Positions 47,987 through 59,699 of a stretch of DNA of 64,000 bases are shown piece by piece. Made by a program: the position numbers and the translations under genes. The first letter of the stretch is position 1. Every line of letters begins with the position of its first letter. The notes under the pieces are model-generated. The model saw nothing but the letters and a program-made list of their open reading frames with translations. It had not been told where the DNA came from and made no database searches. Origin of the DNA: Candidatus Kapaibacterium sp. (GTDB lineage Bacteria; Bacteroidota; Ignavibacteria; Kapaibacteriales; UBA2268); NCBI GenBank assembly GCA_026390695.1, contig JAPLFL010000048.1, positions 339 through 64,338 of the forward strand, given 5' to 3'.

Positions 47987-49762
47987 CTATTTATCACTTT
48001 TTACAACTCTGATTCCCAATTCTTCTAATTGCGCATCATCTACAGATGACGGTGAACCATCCATTAGTGATAATCCGCTCGTAGTCTTGGGGAATGCAAT
48101 AACGTCACGTATATTATCAGTTCCGCCTAATGTCATTATAATTCTGTCAAGACCAAGAGCTATTCCACCGTGCGGTGGAGCACCATACTTTAAAGCATTA
48201 AGTAAATATCCGAATTTTAAATCGGCTTCTTCTGAACTTAGTCCGATAAGATTAAACATTTTGCTCTGAACATCACTTGTATGTATTCTTATACTGCCAC
48301 CGCCAAGCTCAGAGCCATTAACCACTAAATCATAAGCTTTTGCACGAGCTTTTTCAGGTGCTGTATCCAATAATGGAATATCCTCATCCATAGGTGCTGT
48401 AAAGGGATGATGCATTGCAATATATCGCCCTGACTCCTGATCAAATTCCAAGAGTGGAAAATCAATAACCCAATGGAATGAGAAATTGTTTTTTATCGTA
48501 TCATAAATTCCGGTTTGTCTGGCAATCTCCAGACGTAGAGCGCCAAGTACTGTATATGCGCGAGTCCATGTGTCGGATACAATTAATAATAAATCTCCGT
48601 TTTCGGCACCTGCTGCTATTTTTATATTCTCAATTTCTTCTTGAGTTAAAAACTTAGCAATAGGTGAATTTACAGTATTTTCTGTGAATTTTATCCAGGC
48701 AAGCCCTTTAGCTCCATATTTCTTAGCATAATCTGCTAATTCATCTAACTGTTTGCGGGAATAATTGGAACAACCTTTTGCATTAATTAGCCCGATCGTC
48801 CCAGCAGTTGCGATATTATCAGCGAATACTTTAAAAGTTGAATTTTTAACAATATCTGTAATTGTTGAAATCTCCAATGAGAAACGTAAATCAGGCTTGT
48901 CGCTTCCAAAGCGGGTCATTGCTTCATCATAACTCATTTTAAGAAAGGGCGATTGTATGTCTATATTTAATATTTCTTTCCATAACCTCTCTATCAGACC
49001 TTCTGTTACAGCCATTATATCATCTCGGTCTATGAAGGACATTTCAACATCAATTTGAGAAAACTCTGGCTGGCGGTCACTCCGCAAGTCTTCATCACGG
49101 AAACATTTTACAATTTGCATATATCTGTCAAAACCGGAAATCATCAGTATTTGTTTGAATATCTGCGGTGATTGCGGCAGTGCATAGAATCTACCTTTGT
49201 TGATTCTGCTCGGTACAAGAAAATCACGGGCTCCTTCGGGAGTGGACTTCATTAACACAGGGGTTTCTACCTCAAGAAAACCATTTTCCGCATAGTACTG
49301 GTGCACTATTTGATATGCTTGATTACGTGTAATAAAGAATTTCTGTAAAACAGGACGCCTCAAATCCAAATATCTGTATCTCAGCCTTAGTTCTTCGTTT
49401 GTTGTAATCGAATCTGAAATTTCGAAAGGTGGTAATTCAGCCTGATTTATTATTTCAAATTCATCTATTAATATCTCAATTAAACCAGTCGGAATGTTAG
49501 GATTCGGATTTTCGCGCAATCTAACCTCACCGGATGCCCAGATTACGAATTCTTGTTTGAGCTGTGCTGACTTGGCTGCAAGTTCTGCCTGGAATTCCGG
49601 TAAAATCACCAATTGAGTGATCCCATAACGATCACGCAGGTCAATAAAAATTAATCCTCCTAAGTCGCGTACTACAGCAACCCATCCATTAAGAACAACT
49701 TTTTCACCATTATTTTCAGGTCTTAATTGTCCACAGTTATTTGTTCTTTTCTTAAATGTCAT
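47987..49762 (-). CDS. aspS: Aspartate--tRNA ligase
   Basis: FIDLRDRYG, STPEGARDF, LPQSPQ, CFRDEDLR, HHPFT, PPHGGIALGLDR. Confidence 0.98.
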   Translation of the reverse strand: MTFKKRTNNCGQLRPENNGEKVVLNGWVAVVRDLGGLIFIDLRDRYGITQLVILPEFQAELAAKSAQLKQEFVIWASGEVRLRENPNPNIPTGLIEILIDEFEIINQAELPPFEISDSITTNEELRLRYRYLDLRRPVLQKFFITRNQAYQIVHQYYAENGFLEVETPVLMKSTPEGARDFLVPSRINKGRFYALPQSPQIFKQILMISGFDRYMQIVKCFRDEDLRSDRQPEFSQIDVEMSFIDRDDIMAVTEGLIERLWKEILNIDIQSPFLKMSYDEAMTRFGSDKPDLRFSLEISTITDIVKNSTFKVFADNIATAGTIGLINAKGCSNYSRKQLDELADYAKKYGAKGLAWIKFTENTVNSPIAKFLTQEEIENIKIAAGAENGDLLLIVSDTWTRAYTVLGALRLEIARQTGIYDTIKNNFSFHWVIDFPLLEFDQESGRYIAMHHPFTAPMDEDIPLLDTAPEKARAKAYDLVVNGSELGGGSIRIHTSDVQSKMFNLIGLSSEEADLKFGYLLNALKYGAPPHGGIALGLDRIIMTLGGTDNIRDVIAFPKTTSGLSLMDGSPSSVDDAQLEELGIRVVKSDK

Positions 49763-49899
49763 TTTAATCTTATATCTAAATGAGTATAACCTACAAAAAT
49801 ACGAAATATTCTTTTCTTTAGGAAATTAAGGTATTATGTAAAATATTTTATCGGTTTATACTTCAATAATTAGCTTTATAAATACATAGAACAAAGAAT

Positions 49900-52398
49900 A
49901 TGTCAATACAAGACGAAGTAATTTCAACAATTGAAAAAGCCGAAAAGAAGAGCTCTGGTATTCCCAAAAAGTTAAGTGTTTTACCACTGAGGGATATAGT
50001 AATTTATCCCAACATGATTTTTCCTGTACTTATCGGAAGGGCGAATTCGCTCAAAGCTGTGGCTGAATCAGTGGAGCGTGACAAATTTATTTTTGTTTCA
50101 GCCCAGACTGATTCCTCGGTCGATGAACCCGGTTTAGATGATATTTATTCTAATGGATCAATTGCAAAAATCATTCAAATATTGCGTTTGCCAAATAATT
50201 TACTAAAGGTCTTAGTTGAAGGAGTAATGCAGGGGCGAATTAAAAAGAAATTGAAAACAGTTGATTTCCTTGAAGCAGAAATTGAAAAAGTAAATATTAA
50301 ATATGATGCAGAAGATATAGAACTAAAGGCGCTAATTAGAAAATCGGGCGATTTATTCTCAAATTATGTAAAATCAAATCATCACCTTCCACCTGATATT
50401 ATCGGAGCTTATGATAATATTGATAATCCTCTCCGAAAATTGTATTATGCAGCATCCAATATTCATGCAAAGGTAATGCAGAAGCAGATAATCCTTGATC
50501 AAACAGATTTAAAAACTCAATATTTTGAATTATCCGGATTGATAGCCTCTGAACTGAATTTGCTTCAATTGGAAGAAGAAATAGGATCAAAGGTTCACGA
50601 TTCTATACAGAAAACACAGAAAAAATATTTTATTCAGGAGCAAATACGAGCTCTGCAGAAAGAATTGGGAGATGAAGAAGATGATTCTCCTGAATTATCA
50701 GCAATCAGAGCAGCTATTCAAAAAGCAGATATGCCTGAACATGCACTGGCAAAAGCAATGGAAGAATTTGACAGATTGAAAAAGACACCTACAATGTCTC
50801 CAGAGTTTTCTGTTAATCGTACTTTCCTTGAAATTTTGAGTTCTTTGCCCTGGCATCAGAAATCACAGGATATTCTTGATATTCGAAACGTTAAAAGGAT
50901 TTTGGATGAGGATCATTATAATCTTGAAAAGCCTAAAGAACGTATTCTTGAATTTATTGCAGTCATAAACCTCAGTGGGGCTCTCAGAAAGCAGATCCTT
51001 TGTTTTGTCGGACCTCCGGGAGTTGGTAAAACTTCACTTGCTAAATCAATTGCTCGTGCATTAGGACGCAAGTTTGTTAGGTTTTCGCTTGGTGGTGTTA
51101 GAGACGAAGCTGAAATTCGTGGCCACAGGCGCACTTATATTGGAGCAATGCCGGGAAAAATAATTCAATCAATGAAAAAAGCGGGCACTGTTAATCCTGT
51201 AATTTTATTAGATGAAATAGATAAAATGTCAATGGATTTTCGAGGAGATCCATCATCAGCACTGCTTGAAGTGCTTGATCCTGAGCAGAACATCGCCTTC
51301 AATGATCATTATCTGGAAGTGGATTATGATTTATCAAATGTTATGTTTATTACAACTGCAAATGTTCGTTATGATATTCCGCTGCCATTGCAGGATAGAA
51401 TGGAAATTATTGAACTTTCAAGCTATCTTGATCCTGATAAATTAGAAATTGCAAAACGTCATATTCTGCCAAGAATTAAGACTGACCTTGGATTAGATGA
51501 TTTGAACATTCAAATCGAAGATAGTGCAATTTTAAAAATCATTCGTGAATATACACGTGAAGCCGGTGTCAGGAATATGGAACGTGAGATGAGTTCGGTT
51601 TTAAGAAAATTAGCCAAAGAAATTGTTGATGAAGCCTATTCAAAAGAAGCTCTGAATGAGGATTATCAGGAACAAGATCACCACGTACAGGATAATATCA
51701 AGAAATTATTTAAGAAAAAGAATATTGTTATTGACGAATCAAAAATTGAACAATATCTGAAGGCGCCAAGATTTAAAAATAAGAAAGAAGACCTCGATGC
51801 GAAAGTAGGAGTGGCTACAGGATTGGCTTGGACGAGCGTCGGTGGTGATATATTACCGATTGAAGTTACCTTTATGCCCGGTGCTGAAAAATTAACATTG
51901 ACTGGAAAACTCGGTGATGTAATGAAAGAATCTGCTTCAGCAGGGCTTTCTTATATTCGGTCGAATTATGCAGAGCTTAATATTGAAGAAAATTTCAACA
52001 AAAAGAAAGAAATTCATATACATATTCCCGAAGGCGCTATACCTAAGGACGGACCTTCAGCAGGTATAACAATGGCTATAGCTCTGATATCTGCAGCAGT
52101 AAATAAACCAATCAGAGGCGATCTGGCTATGACCGGAGAAATAACACTTCGCGGAAACATACTCCCAATCGGAGGATTGAAGGAAAAATTATTAGCAGCC
52201 AAGCGTCATGGTATTAAAACCGTTATAATCCCTCATGATAATGTTCGTGATATTGAAGATTTCAAAGATGAGATAAAATCAGGACTTGAAATTATTTCTG
52301 TTTCTCATATTAAGGAAGCTATACCTCATGTATTTCTGAAAAGTGATGATAGTCCTGCAATTAAATCAAAAACAGCAAAGAGAACCAGACCGAAATAA
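49900..52398 (+). CDS. lon: ATP-dependent protease La
   Basis: [30 protein letters not shown]. Confidence 0.98.
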   Translation: MSIQDEVISTIEKAEKKSSGIPKKLSVLPLRDIVIYPNMIFPVLIGRANSLKAVAESVERDKFIFVSAQTDSSVDEPGLDDIYSNGSIAKIIQILRLPNNLLKVLVEGVMQGRIKKKLKTVDFLEAEIEKVNIKYDAEDIELKALIRKSGDLFSNYVKSNHHLPPDIIGAYDNIDNPLRKLYYAASNIHAKVMQKQIILDQTDLKTQYFELSGLIASELNLLQLEEEIGSKVHDSIQKTQKKYFIQEQIRALQKELGDEEDDSPELSAIRAAIQKADMPEHALAKAMEEFDRLKKTPTMSPEFSVNRTFLEILSSLPWHQKSQDILDIRNVKRILDEDHYNLEKPKERILEFIAVINLSGALRKQILCFVGPPGVGKTSLAKSIARALGRKFVRFSLGGVRDEAEIRGHRRTYIGAMPGKIIQSMKKAGTVNPVILLDEIDKMSMDFRGDPSSALLEVLDPEQNIAFNDHYLEVDYDLSNVMFITTANVRYDIPLPLQDRMEIIELSSYLDPDKLEIAKRHILPRIKTDLGLDDLNIQIEDSAILKIIREYTREAGVRNMEREMSSVLRKLAKEIVDEAYSKEALNEDYQEQDHHVQDNIKKLFKKKNIVIDESKIEQYLKAPRFKNKKEDLDAKVGVATGLAWTSVGGDILPIEVTFMPGAEKLTLTGKLGDVMKESASAGLSYIRSNYAELNIEENFNKKKEIHIHIPEGAIPKDGPSAGITMAIALISAAVNKPIRGDLAMTGEITLRGNILPIGGLKEKLLAAKRHGIKTVIIPHDNVRDIEDFKDEIKSGLEIISVSHIKEAIPHVFLKSDDSPAIKSKTAKRTRPK

Positions 52399-52427
52399 CA
52401 TTAATCAGGGGTTTAATTCTGATGATC

Positions 52428-52472
52428 GTTATAGAAAGTAGAAAAGTAGGAAGTAGAAAAGTAGAAGGTAGG
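52428..52472 (+). repeat. GTTATAGAAAGTAGA-initiated 7-8-mer tandem tract
   Basis: gttatagaaagtagaaaagtaggaagtagaaaagtagaaggtagg. Confidence 0.7.
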
Positions 52473-52791
52473 AGCGGGGTTAATTTTTATTGGAATTAGT
52501 CATTTTTACGCCATTAAAAGCGGATCTTGCTGTCAGTAACTCAAATTGACCGAACCTTATTTTATTAAGATAATGGTAAAAATTCCTGATTATTTTTTCA
52601 AACTCGTTTTATTTTTTAACTTTTTATTCTCAACAAAATATCAAATAAGCCTCAAATAAATTTTGATTATTTCATATTTATTCTTTATTTTGCAAAACTG
52701 TAACATTAACCTATTTTTTTTGTTAATATATAGTTATAGTGTTCGATTTTTGAAATTTGAAATTATAGTAGTAAAATATAAAGGTAAAAAA

Positions 52792-55700
52792 ATGAAATAT
52801 TTCAACAACATTGGAAAAGTGGCTTTAGTAGCGCTTATAATAGGGATTATACAAACGTTCTCAGTTTGCTTTGCCGGAAGTTTTTCTGTCACCGGAGTTG
52901 ATGCGACAAAATTTCCAGTTATGCACGCAAGTTTTGTTGCTCTGGATGATAACGGAAAATCTTTCCCTAATATCTCTGCTTCTGATTTTACAATAAAAGA
53001 TTTCGGATCGGTAATTTCTCCGGCTTCAGTCAGTATTTCATGTATTGATACTCTTATTAATCCTGAGTTGAGTGTAATTCTTGTAAATGATCAGAGTACA
53101 TCAATGACAGATAAATTACCACCAGATAACGATACTCGTTGGGATTGGGTAAGATATGCCGATTCTACTTTTGTTTATACATTGAAATTTCAGGGAGATA
53201 CTAAGGTAGCGGTAACAACCTTTAGCTTTTGGTCTTGGATAAGATGTAAATTTTCAAATAATCCGAGAGAAATTCTTGATACAATTATAAATGTGAAGGT
53301 TTATGGCGGTACAGACTATAATCCTGCTTTTTTCACTGCTCCACAAACAGGATTTGGCTGTATTGATTATATGAAAACCAGAGACCCTAAAATCAGGAGA
53401 GTTGTCATCTTCTTGACCGATGGAGTGCCTTTGAAACCTGTGAATGCTGATTCTATAATTTTTGAATGTAATAATGCAAATATTCAGGTTTATGGTATTT
53501 GTGTGAATGCTACGGCAGTCCAGCCGGATATTGCAAAAATTTGTGAAAAAACCGGAGGCAAATCATTTGCTGTTGCTACCAAAAAGGCTCTGGCAGATAT
53601 TTATGCGATGATTGCAGTTGAAGCACAATCCAGAAAAATGTGTGATATATCGTGGATCTCTCCTTACGGATGTGACGATCAGAGCAGGTTTAGCAGGACT
53701 GTTGATCTTACTTTTAAGCCATTAAATGAAATTGAACACCGACCTTATACGGCTCCTATAGGGAGTGTGGCAGGTTTTGATCTGTCAACACAGATACTTG
53801 CTTTCGGCGATCCTAACCCACTGACATCATCGGATGTGACTTTGGTAATAAAACCAAAAGGGACTAAAGCTTTAATTACAGGAGGGCAATTTAAGCCAAT
53901 AAATACTTTCTTTTCAATTGTTGATTGGGGTGGGACTGCTCCACCTTTTACTCTTGATACAAATCAATCAAGAACAATAACTTTGCGATTTACACAAGAT
54001 ATCAATAGAAATTTCCAAAGGGCAATTTTCGAGTTAACAGGAACTCCATGTATGCCTGCTATGCCGGCTGTTGGCGGATTATCGCAGGTTCTTATTGTTA
54101 ATCCTGCCGGTGGTGAAATAAAATCAAGTTGTGATACGGTAAGGATAATTTGGGCCGGAATCGGCGCAGCTACTCCGATTAATCTATATTATTCCACTGA
54201 TAACGGGCTTACATTCCCTAATCTTATTGTATCGAACGTTACAGGTTTTGTTTATAATTGGTTCCCCGTACCAAGTGGTAATATCAAAATAAAAGCAGTA
54301 GTGGCTCCTATTTCCAAATATATGTGGGCAAACTCTTTTGGCTGTATCCCTGATGAACATGTAACCGGATTGGCAATTTCACAAGATAATTCATACTTAT
54401 ATATGTGCGGATCATTCACGGATTCGATTTGTATTGGTTCAACTACACTGAGAGCCATTAAAGGAACTGACGGGTTTATTGCAAAATTTGACATTTTCGG
54501 CAATTTCCTATGGGCTAATTCATTCGGAAGCACCGGTCTGGATTCTGCTGCTGCAATATGTGTGGATGCTGCCGGTTATGCTTATATAACCGGGACAGTA
54601 CAGAATGGATATACTTTTGGAGGAAGTCCGGATAATTCATGGATAAACGGACGAAGATATATGTTTGTTGCAAGATATGGACCTAATGGAGGTATGCCAA
54701 TATACAACGTAACCGGAGCAACAGGTATTTATACATTAGCTGACGTATGGGGCACGGATATTTATATTGATGCCAAGGGATATTTACAAGCTGAAGGAAA
54801 ATATACCGGAGGAGCATTCATTGCATTTACTAAAACTACCTTAGCCGCTCCTACTCCTATTACCAATACTAAAAAATTCCAAACTGAATTCACTGCCGTA
54901 AATTTATCAGCAATAGTATCAAACCCAACTGGATTTACCAAGCCATATAACTCGAATACTGCTCTTGATGCGAACGGAAATCGTTTTGATGCTTTTTCAT
55001 ATACAGGAACGACTTCTTTCGGAGGTACTTTTAATTTCACATCGAAGGGACTAAGTGATATTATTCTGCGTAAGTACGGCGGTCAACCCGGCTCAGCAGA
55101 TACTTTGAAAAATGCAGTATCTGTTCAGTCGCCTCAGCTCTCATTCACAGTTCCTTCTGTTGACCTCGGAACTCAAACAATGGGATATCCAAATGGAATA
55201 AGCCGAACAGGTATTTTAAAGAATATCGGAAATTTAACTTTGCAGATAAGTTCAAGTACTTTTTCAGGAATAAATGCTAACGAATTTTCTCTTGCTTCAA
55301 GTTTAAATGGTGTAGTTCTGGCTCCCAACGAAACACATGATGTTGAATTTATATTTACTCCTGGGGATATCGGCATACGGTCAGCAGTTTTTCAGGTTAA
55401 TTCAATTTGCGGAAGCCCTGTTTTTCTGAATGTTAGCGGAACCGGTATTTGTTCAGGGGATCCTATGGATTCGTATAATTTCGGTGATTGTAATGCCGGA
55501 ATCGAACAGAAGCGAACTCTGTTCTGTGCCTTGCATAATACCAATAATATGGCGATTACTATCAAACCGACATTGGATGGTGCCCAGGCAGTTGATTTCA
55601 GACTTTATCAAGCTGATTGTACAACTCCATTGACACAGCTTACACTTCTTCCGGATAGTTGCGCATTGATTTGTGTCGGGTTTACACCTGCCGCCTCGAA

Positions 55701-57492
55701 TGCTGAGTCGGCAACTATTAATTATCATTTACCAAGCGGTTGCACTAATCAATATACTAATCTTTATGGTAAAGGTGTTGTAACGGATTTAGCTATTTCA
55801 CCAATTGATTGGAAAGGTCGCAGAATTAATTGTTCTTTCGATTCTGTATTAATTGTTCAGAATAATGGAAAAGGAGCCGCAGATATAACTATAACAGCAA
55901 TTGATTTTGAAAATGGCGCAATACCTGAATTTGCTATGACAGTACCAAGCTTACCCGTAATTGTTGCCGCAAATGGTGGTCAACTGTCCCTTCCGGTCAA
56001 GTTTATTCCAAGTGCTGAAACAAATTTCAAAAAGAATATTACTTTTAAAATAAAAGAAGACCCATCAAAAATTTATACAGCTACTCTTAGCGGTTTTGGA
56101 ATTATCCCGAAAATCACATCTTATTTTGATTGTCCAAAACCTGTTTTGCCCGGAGATACATCTACAGCCTGGCTGACAATTAAAGATACAAGTGCAAGCG
56201 AAGACCTGACAATTTATACTGTCGATTTCAAAGGTTTGAATCTTGACTTTAAATGGCCCGGCGGAGCTGTTCCAAGCAATATTACTGTGAAAAAATTAGA
56301 TAGTATTAAAATTCCTATTATCTTTGCTCCTCCGCTTCCAAACGGATTCGGACAACGTGGAACAAAAATAATGATCATTCATGATGCTATTAGTTGCGAT
56401 TCAAAAGGAATGAGAAAAGATACCGTTTCTTATGATATTATTTGCGATGGATTGACTCTTCAGGCAGACTCAGTTACTTTTGGGTCTGTTTATCAATGTG
56501 ATAATTTATCTAAAAACCTGAGCCTTCATAATCAGAGCTTCCAAACTAAAGTATTTATAAACCCTCCTGTATTAACTGGCTCGGATGCTTCGGCTTTTAA
56601 AGTTAATATTCCCGCAGGTTATTCTATAGACGGTGGTAATAGCAGTAAAAATAATGATTTAACTGTTATATTTACTCCATCTGAACCAAGGAAGTATCAT
56701 GCAACTTTACAAATTTCTAATTCATTTAATCAGAAAGTATCAAGTGAACTTAATGGATCAGGAGAAATCTTTAAACTATCGACTCCTGTTCCTAAAAGAA
56801 TCATCCAGCAAAAACCCGGATATAAATTTAACTTGCCTGTTTTCGGGGATGTTTCATCCTTAACAAAGGGTGCTGTTACTGATTTTACAATGAATTTAAC
56901 TTATAATCCGAATGTGCTTACTTATGTTGATGGATCTATAAAATCTGCTGTTTCTCTTCCATCAGTAACATGGACGACAAAAAAAATAACTAACGGGCTT
57001 ACCGTGACAGGGAACGGAAGTATTCCAGCACCATATAATTCCAATAATTACACAATGGCTAACGAATTGTTCGATCTTGATTTCCTTGTATATCTATCGG
57101 ATGAAACCACAACACAGGTACATTTTGCTCCTGTGTTGAAAAATTGTACAAGTTATGATACATTGGCAAGTATAGTTAGTGTAATCGGAGTATGCAACGC
57201 AAAGGGAAGATTGGTTGAGATCAGCACAACCGAATATTATTTTAATGAAATATCACCAAGTCCTTCAAATGACAAAATTTCTCTTGCTTATGGGATTGGA
57301 TTGGATGCTGCAACATATATCTCAATTTATAACTCAATAGGCGAAGAAGTAAAAGTTTTGGTAAATTCTGAGATGAAAACCGGTGAATACTCTCAAAATG
57401 TGAATCTCAATGAATTGGCGGCAGGAATTTATTTCATAAGATTGCAATCAGGGCCGTTTACCGAAACTAAGAGATTGATAGTGAATAAATAA
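52792..57492 (+). CDS. Large secreted vWA domain protein with SBBP-like propeller, Ig-like (choice-of-anchor D-like) repeats and T9SS sorting domain
   Basis: MIDAS DQSTSM...GGT...FLTDG; WANSFG...DGFIAKFD repeats; C-terminal GIYFIRLQSG...KRLIVNK. Start taken at MKYFN. Confidence 0.85.
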   Translation: MKYFNNIGKVALVALIIGIIQTFSVCFAGSFSVTGVDATKFPVMHASFVALDDNGKSFPNISASDFTIKDFGSVISPASVSISCIDTLINPELSVILVNDQSTSMTDKLPPDNDTRWDWVRYADSTFVYTLKFQGDTKVAVTTFSFWSWIRCKFSNNPREILDTIINVKVYGGTDYNPAFFTAPQTGFGCIDYMKTRDPKIRRVVIFLTDGVPLKPVNADSIIFECNNANIQVYGICVNATAVQPDIAKICEKTGGKSFAVATKKALADIYAMIAVEAQSRKMCDISWISPYGCDDQSRFSRTVDLTFKPLNEIEHRPYTAPIGSVAGFDLSTQILAFGDPNPLTSSDVTLVIKPKGTKALITGGQFKPINTFFSIVDWGGTAPPFTLDTNQSRTITLRFTQDINRNFQRAIFELTGTPCMPAMPAVGGLSQVLIVNPAGGEIKSSCDTVRIIWAGIGAATPINLYYSTDNGLTFPNLIVSNVTGFVYNWFPVPSGNIKIKAVVAPISKYMWANSFGCIPDEHVTGLAISQDNSYLYMCGSFTDSICIGSTTLRAIKGTDGFIAKFDIFGNFLWANSFGSTGLDSAAAICVDAAGYAYITGTVQNGYTFGGSPDNSWINGRRYMFVARYGPNGGMPIYNVTGATGIYTLADVWGTDIYIDAKGYLQAEGKYTGGAFIAFTKTTLAAPTPITNTKKFQTEFTAVNLSAIVSNPTGFTKPYNSNTALDANGNRFDAFSYTGTTSFGGTFNFTSKGLSDIILRKYGGQPGSADTLKNAVSVQSPQLSFTVPSVDLGTQTMGYPNGISRTGILKNIGNLTLQISSSTFSGINANEFSLASSLNGVVLAPNETHDVEFIFTPGDIGIRSAVFQVNSICGSPVFLNVSGTGICSGDPMDSYNFGDCNAGIEQKRTLFCALHNTNNMAITIKPTLDGAQAVDFRLYQADCTTPLTQLTLLPDSCALICVGFTPAASNAESATINYHLPSGCTNQYTNLYGKGVVTDLAISPIDWKGRRINCSFDSVLIVQNNGKGAADITITAIDFENGAIPEFAMTVPSLPVIVAANGGQLSLPVKFIPSAETNFKKNITFKIKEDPSKIYTATLSGFGIIPKITSYFDCPKPVLPGDTSTAWLTIKDTSASEDLTIYTVDFKGLNLDFKWPGGAVPSNITVKKLDSIKIPIIFAPPLPNGFGQRGTKIMIIHDAISCDSKGMRKDTVSYDIICDGLTLQADSVTFGSVYQCDNLSKNLSLHNQSFQTKVFINPPVLTGSDASAFKVNIPAGYSIDGGNSSKNNDLTVIFTPSEPRKYHATLQISNSFNQKVSSELNGSGEIFKLSTPVPKRIIQQKPGYKFNLPVFGDVSSLTKGAVTDFTMNLTYNPNVLTYVDGSIKSAVSLPSVTWTTKKITNGLTVTGNGSIPAPYNSNNYTMANELFDLDFLVYLSDETTTQVHFAPVLKNCTSYDTLASIVSVIGVCNAKGRLVEISTTEYYFNEISPSPSNDKISLAYGIGLDAATYISIYNSIGEEVKVLVNSEMKTGEYSQNVNLNELAAGIYFIRLQSGPFTETKRLIVNK

Positions 57493-57517
57493 ATCGAAAA
57501 ATAATTTAAGAAACGAA

Positions 57518-58027
57518 ATGAGCGAATCGACTGAACTATTAGGGAAAGTACAAACACAAGGAACATTTTCAAGTGATCTCCTTCAACTTGTTAGTTTTAA
57601 TCTTGGCGATGAAGAATTTGGGATTGATATTCTCAGAGTACAGGAGATAATCAGAATGGTGGACATTACCCGTGTACCCAATGCACCATCCTTTGTTATT
57701 GGAGTGATCAATTTAAGGGGGAAAGTAATTCCGGTAATTGACCTGAATCTGCGAATGGCACTAAACACATCCGAACTGAGCAACAACAGCCGCATTATAG
57801 TAATTGAATTTGAAGGCAAGGTTGTCGGCTTTTTAGTTGATAAAGTAAATGAAGTCCTCAGGATTGATAAAAGCATTACCGAGCCGCCACCACAGATGGT
57901 TGGATCGGTTAACTCCGATTTTATTACTGGAATCGGGAAATTAGAGAACAGATTACTTATTTTGTTAGATTTGGAGAAATTATTGAATAAAGTCACCGAT
58001 CCGGAGATAACCGGATCGGTGGAATGA
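57518..58027 (+). CDS. cheW: Chemotaxis coupling protein CheW
   Basis: QLVSFNLGDEEFGIDI..VQEII, ITRVPNAP..V.GVINLRGKVIPV. Confidence 0.95.
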   Translation: MSESTELLGKVQTQGTFSSDLLQLVSFNLGDEEFGIDILRVQEIIRMVDITRVPNAPSFVIGVINLRGKVIPVIDLNLRMALNTSELSNNSRIIVIEFEGKVVGFLVDKVNEVLRIDKSITEPPPQMVGSVNSDFITGIGKLENRLLILLDLEKLLNKVTDPEITGSVE

Positions 58028-59652
58028 AAAGCATAATGAATAATCTTTATTTTGAAGATTGTTTGGATGTTCTAAAGAAATTACACAGTGAATTTCCAAA
58101 GGGATTTATTGATTTAATATATATTGATCCTCCTTTTAATTCAAAAAGGAACTATAATATTTTATTTGAGAGTATTGATTTAAAAAATACTAAAGCTCAG
58201 AAAGAAGCCTTCAGTGACACTTGGAGTAATGTTTCTTATCAAGATACAATAAGTGAAATACGCGAAATTGATCTAAATTTATATAAATATTTGTCAGTTT
58301 TAGATGATATTAAAATATCTATATCTGCCATAAGCTATTTATCAACTATGGCAATTAGAATCTGGTATATGCACAAGGTTTTAAAAGATACCGGTAGCTT
58401 TTATTTACATTGTGATCCTAATATGAGCCATTATTTAAAAATTATATGTGATTTAATTTTTGGATCTGATAATTTCAAATCGGAAATTACATGGCAAAGA
58501 ACCAATGCACATAATGATTCCAGAAATTATGCGCACGTAAACGATATAATTTTATATTATACAAAAGCAAAAAAAAGTTTTTTTTCAACTCAATTTATTG
58601 AATATTCCGAAAACTACATTAACAAATATTATAAGCATGTTGAAAACAGTAGAAAATTTCTCGACCGCGACCTTACAGCAGATGGACTAACTGGCGGTGG
58701 TTATAAATATGAATGGAAGGGTGTTACAAAACTTTGGAGATGTCCTGTTTCAACTATGGAGAGATACGAAAAGGAAAACAGAATCTATTATACAAACAAA
58801 AGAACTCCAAGATTAAAGCAATTTTTAGATGATATGCCCGGTGTGCCTGTCACAAATAATTGGACAGATATCCCTCCAATTAATTCTCAAGCGCAGGAAC
58901 GATTAGGTTATCCAACACAAAAGCCGCTTGAACTTTTAGAGAGAATAATACAAGCGTCATCTAATGAAGGAGATTTGGTTGCAGATTTTTTCTGTGGCTG
59001 TGGCACTACTTTAGCTGCTGCACAAAAATTAAAAAGAAATTGGCTTGGAGTCGATATTTCACATCTTGCAATTCAATTGATACTTAAAAGATTGACTGAT
59101 CCTTACCCGGAAGAGAAACGAAAAGATATTCTTAAAAATATTGATATTTCCGGGCTTCCGAAGGATATTGCTTCTGCTCACGAATTGGCACAAAACACAG
59201 ATAACCGTAGAGTTAAATTTCAAGATTGGGTTATAGAAGTTTTAATAGGTGGAGTAGCAAGTCCAAAAAAGAGTGCCGATGGTGGTTGTGACGGTTATTT
59301 TACTTTTCCGAAAACAATAAATGGCAAGCAAAAAGGAACTGGGATCATTGAAGTCAAGAGCGGAAATATCACAATTAACATGGTACGTTCGTTTATGTCT
59401 TCGGTTGATGCTTTTAAAGCTGATATTGGTGTATTTGTATGCTTTGAGGACAATATTACAGATGGGATGAGAAGAGAAGCGAAAGCAAAAGGACAAATTG
59501 AAAATTCAAAAGTTTATAAAATACAAATATTAAGTATTGACGAACTTTTGGATGGTATAAAGCCCAAAACACCTTTGATGGCAGAGTTAAATAATTTTGA
59601 ACATTCGACTGATAAATTAAAAACCGAGCAAAAGAACCAGGAAATGCTTTAG
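58024..59652 (+). CDS. Beta-class N6/N4 DNA methyltransferase fused to a C-terminal Mrr-like PD-(D/E)xK nuclease domain
   Basis: DLIYIDPPF, YPTQKP..LLERII, DFFCGCGTT; C-terminal FQDW...ADGGCDG...IIEVKSG. Confidence 0.88.
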   Translation: MKSIMNNLYFEDCLDVLKKLHSEFPKGFIDLIYIDPPFNSKRNYNILFESIDLKNTKAQKEAFSDTWSNVSYQDTISEIREIDLNLYKYLSVLDDIKISISAISYLSTMAIRIWYMHKVLKDTGSFYLHCDPNMSHYLKIICDLIFGSDNFKSEITWQRTNAHNDSRNYAHVNDIILYYTKAKKSFFSTQFIEYSENYINKYYKHVENSRKFLDRDLTADGLTGGGYKYEWKGVTKLWRCPVSTMERYEKENRIYYTNKRTPRLKQFLDDMPGVPVTNNWTDIPPINSQAQERLGYPTQKPLELLERIIQASSNEGDLVADFFCGCGTTLAAAQKLKRNWLGVDISHLAIQLILKRLTDPYPEEKRKDILKNIDISGLPKDIASAHELAQNTDNRRVKFQDWVIEVLIGGVASPKKSADGGCDGYFTFPKTINGKQKGTGIIEVKSGNITINMVRSFMSSVDAFKADIGVFVCFEDNITDGMRREAKAKGQIENSKVYKIQILSIDELLDGIKPKTPLMAELNNFEHSTDKLKTEQKNQEML

Positions 59653-59699
59653 AGAAAACAAGTTATCGCTAAACAGTACTTCTCTAATGAGGATAGTCT

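Noticed and set aside
47450..47990. tRNA-targeted prophage or integrative element
   Set aside because: No integrase and no duplicated tRNA 3' end found; flanking genes are housekeeping.
52415..52440. Hammerhead ribozyme (CTGATGA...GAAA)
   Set aside because: No stem II pairing between the motifs; the GAAA belongs to the heptamer tract.
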